A DNA stretch of 64,000 nt from Gammaproteobacteria bacterium (lineage in GTDB: Bacteria; Pseudomonadota; Gammaproteobacteria; UBA4575), in assembly GCA_965222615.1 (NCBI GenBank), contig CBDCUI010000009.1, positions 1,053,580 through 1,117,579 of the forward strand, given 5' to 3'. Each line of letters opens with the position of its first letter. The first letter of the stretch is position 1. Under the pieces are notes generated by a model that saw only the letters and a program-made list of their open reading frames with translations, did not search any database and was not told where the DNA came from. A program made the translations under genes and the position numbers. Shown here in pieces: positions 52,845 to 61,886 of the stretch.

Positions 52845-53381
52845 ATGAAAATCAAAAACAAAGTTTTAATAACAGTATTATTGACCGTAGCCATTGCATC
52901 AACAACGTTTGCTGAAACCGCCGGTGAGCACATAGATGATGCAACTATCGCTTCTAAAACTAAAACCGCTCTTATTAGCAACAAAAATGTCTCTGCCGCT
53001 AGCATTGATGTAGAGGTCTCCAAAGGTCATGTGCAGCTATCAGGATTTGTAGATTCCAAGGCCGAAAAGGCTGCAGCATTGGATATTGCTGAAAATGTTA
53101 AGGGAGCCAAGAAAGTCTTAGATGCTATGGTTGTATTCCCTAGCTCCAGAAGCGCAGGCGATGTTATCGATGACACAACCATATCTGCGAAGTTGAAAAC
53201 AGAACTTGCAAAAACTGAAGGATTAGGTAGTGCTACAGCTATTAATACTGAAGTCAGACAAGGCCAAGTCTTACTTGCTGGTTTTGTCGAAAGCGAAAAG
53301 GTTAAAAGTGTTGCCGGTAAAGTTGCTAAAGGTATAAAAGGTGTAACCGAAGTCCATAACTTAATTGCAGTTAAACAATGA
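52845..53381 (+). CDS. Dual BON domain (OsmY-like) periplasmic protein
   Basis: Signal peptide and two IDD.TI..K.K...V.L.GFV.S repeats; ATG at 52845 follows GGAGA (ORF track start 52809). Confidence 0.92.
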   Translation: MKIKNKVLITVLLTVAIASTTFAETAGEHIDDATIASKTKTALISNKNVSAASIDVEVSKGHVQLSGFVDSKAEKAAALDIAENVKGAKKVLDAMVVFPSSRSAGDVIDDTTISAKLKTELAKTEGLGSATAINTEVRQGQVLLAGFVESEKVKSVAGKVAKGIKGVTEVHNLIAVKQ

Positions 53382-53443
53382 ATACTGAAATCTTATACTA
53401 ACTAATAAGTTGAAAATAGACCAATAAAGCAAACATTCAAAAT

Positions 53444-54853
53444 TTAACTTTCACCAGATGGATTTGTGTATTCATCATTTAGTTTTTGTACAAAAGTATC
53501 AGCAGCTTCACGAATTTCCATCATTTTTACGCGTGCATGCTTATTCCAACCGACAATAAATGGACGCGCCAAGGGCTGCCACCATCGAGTATTATGCAAA
53601 AACCCAGAGCGCATACTTCCTTCTAAATCATTTTCAGGTAAAGAATTTGCCATCCACTTTGAAATGACACCACGAATGAGCAAATGTATTAAAAAAAGTA
53701 GTAAGAACGACAAAACAATTACTCCAACAAGCCCTTTTGCACCATAGGCATCAAATGCTGTACCAGATCCTGAATGTTTAATTAAATAAAGCAATATTAA
53801 AATAATTAGTGGTGCTATCACGACCGCATCAACTAATAAAACTCTTTTCCTCCATGTGTTAACCGCTGCTTTCACTTTGGGAACAATATTATTTTCGATT
53901 TGATTCGCAGTATTTTCTAATGAACCTATAATTCGGTATACGCGTTCTACACTTACTTCGGCAATACGCTGGTAAATCTCACTAAGATCCACATCGCGCT
54001 TGCGCTGATAACGTTCACGCAACCCTTTATCTTCTATCGGTACAGCTACATCTTCATTGTATATAGTATAGAATCGACCACTCACCAAACCTCCTTGTGC
54101 TAACGCGCGTTGCCAAGCCGCAACTACTTCTTCGGTATTATCTTCAATCGCTGTGGTATCGATTTGATTGAGTATAAATAAAACTTTATTGGCATCATTG
54201 CGACGTACCGTGCCCGCAACTAAATGCTCTAAAGTATCACGCATCGCTCCAGGTTCTGGATGTCTGGCATCAAACAACACCAAAACTAAATCGGATAAAT
54301 TAATGATGTGATCAGTAATACGCAGAGTTGAAGTACGTTGAGCATCTGCATCAAATCCCGGTGAATCGATAAGAATCTTACCTTTTATTAAGTCCGATGG
54401 GCAAGTCTTCAGTTGTAGATAAGTATCTATACGCGAACCTTCGCCTTCAGCCACTTTTTCAATTTCTTCACTGATTTGGTAGAAAGGAAATCGCGGATCT
54501 GCATCCAATGCTAAACCGGGAAGCACACGAATTTTTTCATCACTACTGAAACAAATAACCGTAAACTTATCGTCTACGGCTTGGTTACCTGTTTTTTGTA
54601 AATTTGTTTTTACATAGTGATTAATAAAAGTGGATTTCCCTGCCGAAAATGTGCCCAATACAGATATCAACGGCCACCAAGAGATTTCCGTTGCATAGGA
54701 TTGCTTGGCGGAAATAATTCCAAGCTTATAGGCAATTTTGTCTAGCTCACAAAACTTATCGACTACCGTTACAAGTAGAGGGTTTTCTGTGGAGAGGTGT
54801 TGACGCAGACTTTTTATTCGCGCCTTAAGATTTGCATCCGGGCCAACAGGCAT
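53444..54853 (-). CDS. Dynamin-family (EHD-like) P-loop NTPase with two C-terminal TM helices
   Basis: GTFSAGKS (G1), DSPG (G3), NQID (G4-like) and two hydrophobic helices. Confidence 0.85.
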   Translation of the reverse strand: MPVGPDANLKARIKSLRQHLSTENPLLVTVVDKFCELDKIAYKLGIISAKQSYATEISWWPLISVLGTFSAGKSTFINHYVKTNLQKTGNQAVDDKFTVICFSSDEKIRVLPGLALDADPRFPFYQISEEIEKVAEGEGSRIDTYLQLKTCPSDLIKGKILIDSPGFDADAQRTSTLRITDHIINLSDLVLVLFDARHPEPGAMRDTLEHLVAGTVRRNDANKVLFILNQIDTTAIEDNTEEVVAAWQRALAQGGLVSGRFYTIYNEDVAVPIEDKGLRERYQRKRDVDLSEIYQRIAEVSVERVYRIIGSLENTANQIENNIVPKVKAAVNTWRKRVLLVDAVVIAPLIILILLYLIKHSGSGTAFDAYGAKGLVGVIVLSFLLLFLIHLLIRGVISKWMANSLPENDLEGSMRSGFLHNTRWWQPLARPFIVGWNKHARVKMMEIREAADTFVQKLNDEYTNPSGES

Positions 54854-54970
54854 TTATTTGCTCACAATAAATGGAAATTGATTAAACTTTATTAATTTTA
54901 TGCTCCGCACTAGCGAGTATCATTGTCGCATAAACTGCTGGTACTGCAAGCAACGATATTGCTTGATAGG

Positions 54971-55933
54971 CTAGCGGATACTTTTATCCCGTAAATTTTT
55001 CAATTGTTTTCTAAATTTCACACATGGATCCTGATTTGTGTGACTAGGCGTGAAATACAGAATATCAAATTTATTTGGCGAATCATCCAAATAATCTATA
55101 GGTTTAGATAATTCTGGATCCACAGAAATAAATGCTATTGAAATAAATGACAACTGTTGATGTGTGTTCTGTAAATGCATGGGTATTGCATAATCATTAC
55201 GCACATGACCAGCTCCGGCTATTAACACAACAGGTATTTTACTTTCGATTAGTGACGTGGTCATGATTCGATCTCGTTGCAATTGTGCGCGAGACATGAA
55301 GTTCACAAATGCTTCATTTGCATGTCCACAATGAGAATCTACTATATCTTGCTTAAGCTGTTTGAAATTTGCTGGTGTAATCCAGTATTCAGTAATCACT
55401 TCTTCAGGAGTATAGGAGCCAATATTATTGGACCATTGATGCAGGTCTTCACTCTTAATGTTTCCAGCAACAAGTTCTAGTTGATGGGAAACAATCGACT
55501 CCAAAACTGGAATATATAATTCCCAGGGCCAACCTTTATTCAGCAATCTTGCTTGATTTTGCAATATGGCAAGATCATCCCAGGTGGAAGGTTGCTTCAC
55601 CCATGACTCCTGCGCCAACATTTCCATTACAATCGTAGGCCTGCGCCCATTTGCAGCAAGAAAGTCTATAACACGGGCCTGTAATGCATGGTGGTCAATA
55701 TTGTTATGGGTTTCCCCCAGCAGTATATAGTCATACTCTATCAACTCCTGAAATAACTGCTTTTCTGTAATCCAACTATTTTTTTCAGTATCCCAAATTT
55801 TACCAACAAGGATATGCTCACGATAAAATTCCGATTCCCAACTTTGGGCAAATGTATTCGCATTACTTAGCAAAGCCCATAATAAAAATATAGAGAATAA
55901 AAATTGATGATGTTTTAACAAACGAATTCCCAT
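54971..55933 (-). CDS. ChaN-family (heme-uptake/TIKI-like) protein
   Basis: ILLGETHNN..HH..Q, MEM, AQLQRD..M and IAGAGHVR. Confidence 0.85.
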   Translation of the reverse strand: MGIRLLKHHQFLFSIFLLWALLSNANTFAQSWESEFYREHILVGKIWDTEKNSWITEKQLFQELIEYDYILLGETHNNIDHHALQARVIDFLAANGRRPTIVMEMLAQESWVKQPSTWDDLAILQNQARLLNKGWPWELYIPVLESIVSHQLELVAGNIKSEDLHQWSNNIGSYTPEEVITEYWITPANFKQLKQDIVDSHCGHANEAFVNFMSRAQLQRDRIMTTSLIESKIPVVLIAGAGHVRNDYAIPMHLQNTHQQLSFISIAFISVDPELSKPIDYLDDSPNKFDILYFTPSHTNQDPCVKFRKQLKNLRDKSIR

Positions 55934-55946
55934 TAGAATATGAATA

Positions 55947-57059
55947 ATGGAATTTGAATTAATTCAAGACGTTGAACTGCTTCAAGCATATTGTTCGAGC
56001 ATGGCGACACAAGAATGGCTAGTACTAGATACGGAGTTTATACGTGAAAAGACTTACTTTCCAAACCTATGTCTAATCCAAATTGCAAATCAAGAGCGAG
56101 CAGCCTGTATAGACACACTAGCAATCGAAGATTTATCCGCCCTAAGACAATTAGTTAACTCACAATCGACAATAAAAATATTTCATGCTGCAAGTCAAGA
56201 CCTTGAAATTTTTTTTAATTTATTTGGTGAAATACCTACCCCTCTGTTTGACACTCAAATTGCTGCCAGCGCTCTTGGTTACGGCGATCAAGTGAGTTAT
56301 GCGCATTTAGTGAACAAAATTTGCGGAATCACTATCGATAAATCATTATCGCGCACCGCGTGGGACCGAAGGCCATTGACCGCAAAAGAAATGCAATACG
56401 CAATAGACGATGTGAAATTTCTAGCCGAAATATACTTACATTTAAAAAATGAGTTAAAACAAAAACAACGAGATCACTGGTTGGATGATGAATTCCAGCG
56501 CATGTCTGATATAAATAGATATAACGTCACTCCTAGTAAACTTTGGAAATCGGTTAAGGGTGTTGGAAAGCTATCTCCTCATCAGCTCATCGTACTTAAA
56601 TTTCTTGCAGAATGGAGAAACAAGCAAGCCAAGCAAGAAAATAAGCCACTACAATGGATACTACGTGACAAGTCATTACGTGTGCTGTCTTTTGAACAAC
56701 CGACATCTGTTTTGGAACTATCAAAGATTGAAGAAGTTACTCAGGCACAATGCGCCAATTATGCCGATGCAATAATCGAGTGTATAAAGAATGCTCGCCA
56801 AACTCCTGAACGACATTGGCCTGAAGCATCTCAAATCGCACCACTAAATCGCGAACAACGCAAACTGGCAAAGAGTGCTTTACAGTTAATTCGCGATCGA
56901 GCAGAAGAGCTTGATATTGCCCCAAATCTATTAGCGACACGCAGTATTGTAGAAAAATTAATCCGTGGTAACCGAGATCTTCAAATCTTGAAGGGTTGGA
57001 GACAAGACCTCGTCGGCAATGATTTAGTTAAATTATTAGAGGAATACGGTACTATTTAA
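55947..57059 (+). CDS. rnd: Ribonuclease D
   Basis: LDTEFIRE.TY.P.LCLIQ, FHAASQDL, W.RRPL and YA.DDV; HRDC region. Confidence 0.95.
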   Translation: MEFELIQDVELLQAYCSSMATQEWLVLDTEFIREKTYFPNLCLIQIANQERAACIDTLAIEDLSALRQLVNSQSTIKIFHAASQDLEIFFNLFGEIPTPLFDTQIAASALGYGDQVSYAHLVNKICGITIDKSLSRTAWDRRPLTAKEMQYAIDDVKFLAEIYLHLKNELKQKQRDHWLDDEFQRMSDINRYNVTPSKLWKSVKGVGKLSPHQLIVLKFLAEWRNKQAKQENKPLQWILRDKSLRVLSFEQPTSVLELSKIEEVTQAQCANYADAIIECIKNARQTPERHWPEASQIAPLNREQRKLAKSALQLIRDRAEELDIAPNLLATRSIVEKLIRGNRDLQILKGWRQDLVGNDLVKLLEEYGTI

Positions 57060-57134
57060 TTACAAAATTAGTAACCTATTAAAAAATAATATACATTCAC
57101 TATCATTGCTATATTTTTAAATCATTTCTTAAGT

Positions 57135-57380
57135 ATGACTGTAGATGAAATAAAAAATTTAATTGAAGCCGGAATTCCAAACTCAAAAGTAATTGTCACG
57201 GGTGCTGAAGGCAAATATGAAGCGACTGTAATCAGCGATCAATTTGATGGTATGAGCATGGTTAAAGAACACCAACTGGTTTATTCTACCGTTAAATCAC
57301 AAATTGCTTCCGGCGAATTGCACGCTTTAACAATTAAAACATTCACTATAGAAGAATGGAATACACAAAATTCTGACTAG
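57135..57380 (+). CDS. BolA/IbaG family protein
   Basis: VISDQFDG...VKEHQLVY and LHALTIKTFT.EEW. Confidence 0.93.
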   Translation: MTVDEIKNLIEAGIPNSKVIVTGAEGKYEATVISDQFDGMSMVKEHQLVYSTVKSQIASGELHALTIKTFTIEEWNTQNSD

Positions 57381-57401
57381 TAAATTATTTTACTTGCCAA
57401 T

Positions 57402-57746
57402 TTACTGTTCTAAACCAATCTTTTGTAATCCTTGTTGAACTGAAAAATAAGCTGCAACATTTTTCATATCTTCTTCGCTGAGTGCAGCCACAATGCCCGC
57501 CATAATCGCATTTTTTCGAGCACCAGTTTTATAAGATTCCAAGGCATGGAATAGGTAATCTTGATGTTGTCCAGCAAGTCTTGGGAAATTTGGGGTTGGG
57601 CTATTGCCATCTTCACCGTGACATGAAACACACTGCTTAGACACTTCTTTGCCACGCTCAGGATCGGCCGCATCAACTGATGTAATAATTAATAGCAGTA
57701 CTGTAATTAGAGTTGTTAAGAGTAATTTATTCATTCTGATATTCAC
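57402..57746 (-). CDS. Class I monoheme cytochrome c (c553/c4-like)
   Basis: Signal peptide, CVSCH, PRLAGQ..YL and distal Met. Confidence 0.94.
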   Translation of the reverse strand: MNIRMNKLLLTTLITVLLLIITSVDAADPERGKEVSKQCVSCHGEDGNSPTPNFPRLAGQHQDYLFHALESYKTGARKNAIMAGIVAALSEEDMKNVAAYFSVQQGLQKIGLEQ

Positions 57747-57749
57747 TTT

Positions 57750-58088
57750 TTACTGCAGAGATTCAAAATAAGCGCCGATATCGGCCATATCTTGTTCACT
57801 AAGACTATTTGCTTGTGCACGCATTGTAGGATGACTACGCTCACCGCTTTGATAAGCCTTTAAAGCCATAACAATATATTCTGCGTATTGACCCCCTAAT
57901 CTTGGCACGTGATAAGTAGGATATACATTTGTGTAACTGGGAATGCCATGACATCCTAAACAAGTATCAGCTTTAACTTTGCCAGCATCCGCGTTACCTC
58001 CGGCATGGGCAATTGACAATGTAAACACACATAACTGTATTACAATAAAAGTGCGGCACAGAATTTTGCGCATAATGTGTTTCTCCAT
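57750..58088 (-). CDS. Class I monoheme cytochrome c (c553/c4-like)
   Basis: Signal peptide, CLGCH, YPTYHVPRLGGQ and HPTM. Confidence 0.94.
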   Translation of the reverse strand: MEKHIMRKILCRTFIVIQLCVFTLSIAHAGGNADAGKVKADTCLGCHGIPSYTNVYPTYHVPRLGGQYAEYIVMALKAYQSGERSHPTMRAQANSLSEQDMADIGAYFESLQ

Positions 58089-58210
58089 TTGTACACAGTG
58101 TTCGTAAAATTTTGAAGAGTATACCTAGTTTTTTAGCGTTATGGATCTCCATAATGGAATGCAATAGAGATATATAATTATAAGGTAATAATTAACTGAC
58201 GCATATCAGT

Positions 58211-58693
58211 ATGGTTTACTTCGAGGAGATTGATATCACTTCTTTATGCTGTGCACTAAACATATACGGCATAGAAATCAATGAGGTCCCTGAAGATATA
58301 CTCATACCTTATAGCTATTGGGGAACACCTGAAGCTGGGAGAAAAAACAATACGCTATATGTACGCTGTGACACGCCTGTTCACTCAATATTGCATGAAA
58401 CCTGCCATTTCGTTTGTATGCCGGAAAAACAGCGCCTTTCCAATAACATTGATGCCGCTGGTAGTAGTAAAGAAGAAAACGCAAGCTGTTATTTGCAAAT
58501 CCTATTATCCGATCACATTGGTGACTTCACACGCGAAATGCATATGCAAAACATGGATGAATGGGGCTATAGCTTTAGACTGGGTTCAGCTACAGCTTGG
58601 TTTTATCAAGATGCCGAAGATGCAAAAAAGTGGCTGCAAGACCAGATGATTATTGATCAATACAGTAATATTACTTGGAAACTTAGAAAATAA
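58211..58693 (+). CDS. Conserved hypothetical protein with an HExxH motif
   Basis: IPYSYWG.PEAG, SILHETCH and MDEWGYSFRLGS. Confidence 0.75.
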   Translation: MVYFEEIDITSLCCALNIYGIEINEVPEDILIPYSYWGTPEAGRKNNTLYVRCDTPVHSILHETCHFVCMPEKQRLSNNIDAAGSSKEENASCYLQILLSDHIGDFTREMHMQNMDEWGYSFRLGSATAWFYQDAEDAKKWLQDQMIIDQYSNITWKLRK

Positions 58694-58749
58694 ACTATGA
58701 TTATTCAGGAATTTAGATAAACTGCTTGTTAAATCCATGTGTTTAAATA

Positions 58750-58778
58750 TTGACATCACTTTAAATTGCTCTTAGCAT
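58750..58778 (+). promoter_or_regulatory. Sigma-70 promoter of the riboswitch leader
   Basis: TTGACA-N17-TAGCAT; the predicted start site (~58785) coincides with the 5' end of the first aptamer. Confidence 0.75.
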
Positions 58779-58785
58779 TCCCTTA

Positions 58786-58836
58786 GGCGCTGATTTGAGC
58801 ACGAGCTTGCGGGCGCTATATAAGTACAGCTAAAAG
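58786..58836 (+). ncRNA. SAM-II riboswitch aptamer 1
   Basis: GGCGCT-GATTT...TTGCG-GGCGCT...ACAGCTAAAA matches the SAM-II pattern; upstream of metY. Confidence 0.82.
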
Positions 58837-58849
58837 CGTGGAAAATTAT

Positions 58850-58883
58850 AAACCCGCTTAAGAAGTACTTAAGCGGGTTTTTT
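58850..58883 (+). terminator. Intrinsic terminator between the two aptamers
   Basis: 13-bp perfect stem aaacccgcttaag/cttaagcgggttt with a 5-nt loop and a T-run. Confidence 0.88.
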
Positions 58884-58886
58884 ATT

Positions 58887-58939
58887 GTCGCTGATTTAAT
58901 TCAACAACTTGCAGGGCGACCAATCAAATACTGCTAAAG
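58887..58939 (+). ncRNA. SAM-II-like riboswitch aptamer 2
   Basis: GTCGCT-GATTT...TTGCAG-GGCGAC...ACTGCTAAAG; P1 differs from aptamer 1 but still pairs. Confidence 0.75.
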
Positions 58940-59007
58940 CGATGACCGTCCTAAAAGCTTCTGGGTCGCGTCACCGCCTAAACCATTAGAAGCTAAAGGC
59001 GGTTAGT

Positions 59008-59451
59008 ATGATGACCGAAATAAACTTCCTTAAAAATACAATTAGACTTGCTGAAAACAACCACTATTTCATCAACTTAGTTGACCCATTAACATCACCT
59101 CGTCTTTTTAGTGATATTGAGGCCATTGCAGCCGTGGCCTGCGCTGAGATTCAAACCCATACTAAGCTTCAGCCCATTTTATTCGAAAGCGCGCTTACTC
59201 AATCACTGCATGAATGTCTATTTCATAACGAATGGTGTGCAAAAAATTCTGAATCAATCGAAGAGCTAGTCAATCAATTGCTACCCAAAGTTAAAAATAC
59301 CCTGCATAATATTTATGCATATTGTAAAGATAATGGTACAAAGTTTGACGAAATAATTAAAACAACTCAACAAGAATGTGACTATGAATTTCTACAATTC
59401 ATTACCAAAATATTTATAAAAGCATACTTAAGAGAGATCCACCATTTTTAA
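59008..59451 (+). CDS. Hypothetical protein, first gene behind the SAM riboswitch leader
   Basis: 147-aa ORF with ATG start preceded by AAAGGCGG; no family recognised. Confidence 0.6.
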   Translation: MMTEINFLKNTIRLAENNHYFINLVDPLTSPRLFSDIEAIAAVACAEIQTHTKLQPILFESALTQSLHECLFHNEWCAKNSESIEELVNQLLPKVKNTLHNIYAYCKDNGTKFDEIIKTTQQECDYEFLQFITKIFIKAYLREIHHF

Positions 59452-59572
59452 AAAACACTAAATATTCACTTTTATGCTGATGTGGCGAAAACCAAAGTAT
59501 TAATGAAAACAAATAAAATGTTTAGGTAGCTGAAATCTTTTTACAGAAATTTCAGCAAAAGGATAACGAATT

Positions 59573-60838
59573 ATGAAAATAGAAACACTTGCAATACATA
59601 GTGGTTATGAACCAGATCCTACTACCAAGGCAGTTGCAGTTCCGATTTATCAAACTACTTCCTATGCCTTTGATAATACGCAACATGGCGCGGATTTATT
59701 TGACTTAAAAGTCGAAGGCAACATCTATACGCGCATTATGAATCCCACAACCGCCGTTTTAGAACAGCGCATCGCTGCGATGGAAGGCGGGGTTGGCGCA
59801 CTAGCCTTATCTTCCGGCATGGCGGCAATTTCCTATGCAATTTTTGCCATCGCTGAGCAAGGAGACAATATTGTGTCTGTCGCCACTTTATATGGCGGCA
59901 CCTACAATTTCTTTGCACACACACTGCCAAAATTGGGAATAGAAGTACGTTTTGTAGATTATCAAGACATGAACGCCATTGCCGCAGCAATTGATGAAAA
60001 TACCAAGGCCGTCTTTTGTGAAACATTGGGAAATCCGGCAGGCAATGTCATTGATTTAGAAAAAACGGTTAAAGTTGCACACGCAGCAGGTGTGCCCGTA
60101 ATGGTAGATAATACCGTCCCTACTCCTTACCTTTGCCAGCCCTTTACATTCGGTGCCGATATATCAATACATTCCTTAACCAAATACATGGGCGGCCATG
60201 GAACTTCAATTGGTGGTGTTATTGTTGATTCAGGAAAATTTCCATGGGCAGAACACAAGCAGCGCTTCCCCATGCTCAATGAACCTGATCCTTCATATCA
60301 TGGAGTGGTGTATACCGAAGCCTTGGGAGAAGCCGCTTATATAGGCCGTGTACGAGTCGTTCCACTGCGCAATATGGGTTCCGCTATTTCACCTTTTAAT
60401 AGTTTTTTAAGCTTACAGGGCATTGAAAGTCTACCTGTACGTATGGATCGACACTGCGAAAATGCGCTAGCAGTCGCTCAGTATCTAGAAAAACATTCCA
60501 ATGTGACCTGGGTAAACTACGCTGGATTACCAACTCACCAAGACCATCATTTAGTACAAAAATACTTTAATGGTCGTGCTTCTGGCATCTTAAGTTTTGG
60601 CATCAAAGGAGGCCTTGATGCAGGCGTGAAGTTTATCGATGCCCTTAAGTTAGTTGTTAGATTGGTAAACATTGGCGACGCAAAATCACTTGCTTGTCAT
60701 CCGGCTACAACCACACACCGGCAATTGTCTAAAGAAGAACAAGCCGCTGCAGGGGTAACTGAAGATTTAGTACGACTCTCTATTGGTATTGAACATATAG
60801 ACGATATTTTGGAAGATATAGAACAAGCCTTGAATTAA
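59573..60838 (+). CDS. metY: O-acetylhomoserine sulfhydrylase (aminocarboxypropyltransferase)
   Basis: PIYQTTSY, IYTRIMNPT, HSLTKYMGGHG (PLP Lys) and NIGDAKSL..HPA.TTH.QL. Confidence 0.93.
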   Translation: MKIETLAIHSGYEPDPTTKAVAVPIYQTTSYAFDNTQHGADLFDLKVEGNIYTRIMNPTTAVLEQRIAAMEGGVGALALSSGMAAISYAIFAIAEQGDNIVSVATLYGGTYNFFAHTLPKLGIEVRFVDYQDMNAIAAAIDENTKAVFCETLGNPAGNVIDLEKTVKVAHAAGVPVMVDNTVPTPYLCQPFTFGADISIHSLTKYMGGHGTSIGGVIVDSGKFPWAEHKQRFPMLNEPDPSYHGVVYTEALGEAAYIGRVRVVPLRNMGSAISPFNSFLSLQGIESLPVRMDRHCENALAVAQYLEKHSNVTWVNYAGLPTHQDHHLVQKYFNGRASGILSFGIKGGLDAGVKFIDALKLVVRLVNIGDAKSLACHPATTTHRQLSKEEQAAAGVTEDLVRLSIGIEHIDDILEDIEQALN

Positions 60839-60861
60839 ATTATATCGTTTCCTACACAAAT

Positions 60862-61839
60862 GTGACTGAATATTATCCTGCACGGATATATCGGAACGGC
60901 CATATAAACACTGTGGCCGCATCGTCTATATTACGCAAATTATACACGCAACGAATTAGCCAAAGCTTTCGAAAACGCAGCAAATCTGTAATCTTAGAGC
61001 TGGCAAATAACATTCGCTTACAAGGTTGGTTAAGTTCTTGCCCAAACAACCAAGAAGTAAATCGCCCGTTAGTCACAATTATTCATGGCTGGCTTGGTTG
61101 CGCTGATTCTGTATATTTACTACCGATTGCAAATAAGCTAGCTCAATTAGGCTTCCGTATATTTCGCTTAAACCTGAGAGATCACGGCGGTACACAACAT
61201 TTAAACAAAGAGCTTTTCCATTCTTGCCGTTTACAAGAAGTGCTAGATGCCATAAAAAAAATTCAATCCCAAGTACCCCATTCCAAATCCTATTTGATCG
61301 GCTATTCACTTGGAGGAAATTTTGCATTGCGTATTGGTGCTCATGCCGAGAATCAAAACTTGAAGATAGCTAAGATATTTTCGATTTGCCCAGTAATGAA
61401 TCCGGAAAATGCGTTGAATAAAACACATAGCATGTTAAAGATTTACACTGATTACTATCTCAGACGTTGGAAACAAATGCTAAAGTACAAGTATCACTTA
61501 TATCCAGATGACTTCGATCTACAAGTTATCAATCAACAACAGACATTAACGGGTATGACAGAGCATTTGCTGTTGCAATACACAGATTTTAGCACTTTAC
61601 AAAGCTATCTAAATGGTTACTCAATTACTGGTGATAGACTTAAAGATTTAACCGTGCCAAGTGAAGTTTTTATTTCCAAAGATGACCCGGTAATCCCTTA
61701 TATAGATTATAAGAATCTACATTCAACAAAGTATTTAAACATCCACCTAAATGATCATGGCGGACATTGTGGGTATTTAAACGGATTATTTGCAATGAGC
61801 TGGATTGATGAACAAATCATCCAGCAACTTAGCAAATAG
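60862..61839 (+). CDS. YheT-like alpha/beta hydrolase
   Basis: HGWLG, GYSLGG nucleophile elbow, DDPVIP and GGHCG. Confidence 0.9.
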   Translation: MTEYYPARIYRNGHINTVAASSILRKLYTQRISQSFRKRSKSVILELANNIRLQGWLSSCPNNQEVNRPLVTIIHGWLGCADSVYLLPIANKLAQLGFRIFRLNLRDHGGTQHLNKELFHSCRLQEVLDAIKKIQSQVPHSKSYLIGYSLGGNFALRIGAHAENQNLKIAKIFSICPVMNPENALNKTHSMLKIYTDYYLRRWKQMLKYKYHLYPDDFDLQVINQQQTLTGMTEHLLLQYTDFSTLQSYLNGYSITGDRLKDLTVPSEVFISKDDPVIPYIDYKNLHSTKYLNIHLNDHGGHCGYLNGLFAMSWIDEQIIQQLSK

Positions 61840-61886
61840 TTGTGCCCTTCTAAAGAGCACAACTATCACTAGGTATTACCGATTAT

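Noticed and set aside
58281-58649. 122-aa alternative-frame ORF overlapping the HExxH gene
   Set aside because: The 58211-58693 frame has an ATG start and protein-like motifs; the overlapping frame has no support
59452-59572. Possible additional SAM-V/SAM-II aptamer directly upstream of metY (gctgatg...gtagctgaaa)
   Set aside because: Only fragments of the consensus are present and no convincing P1 pairing was found
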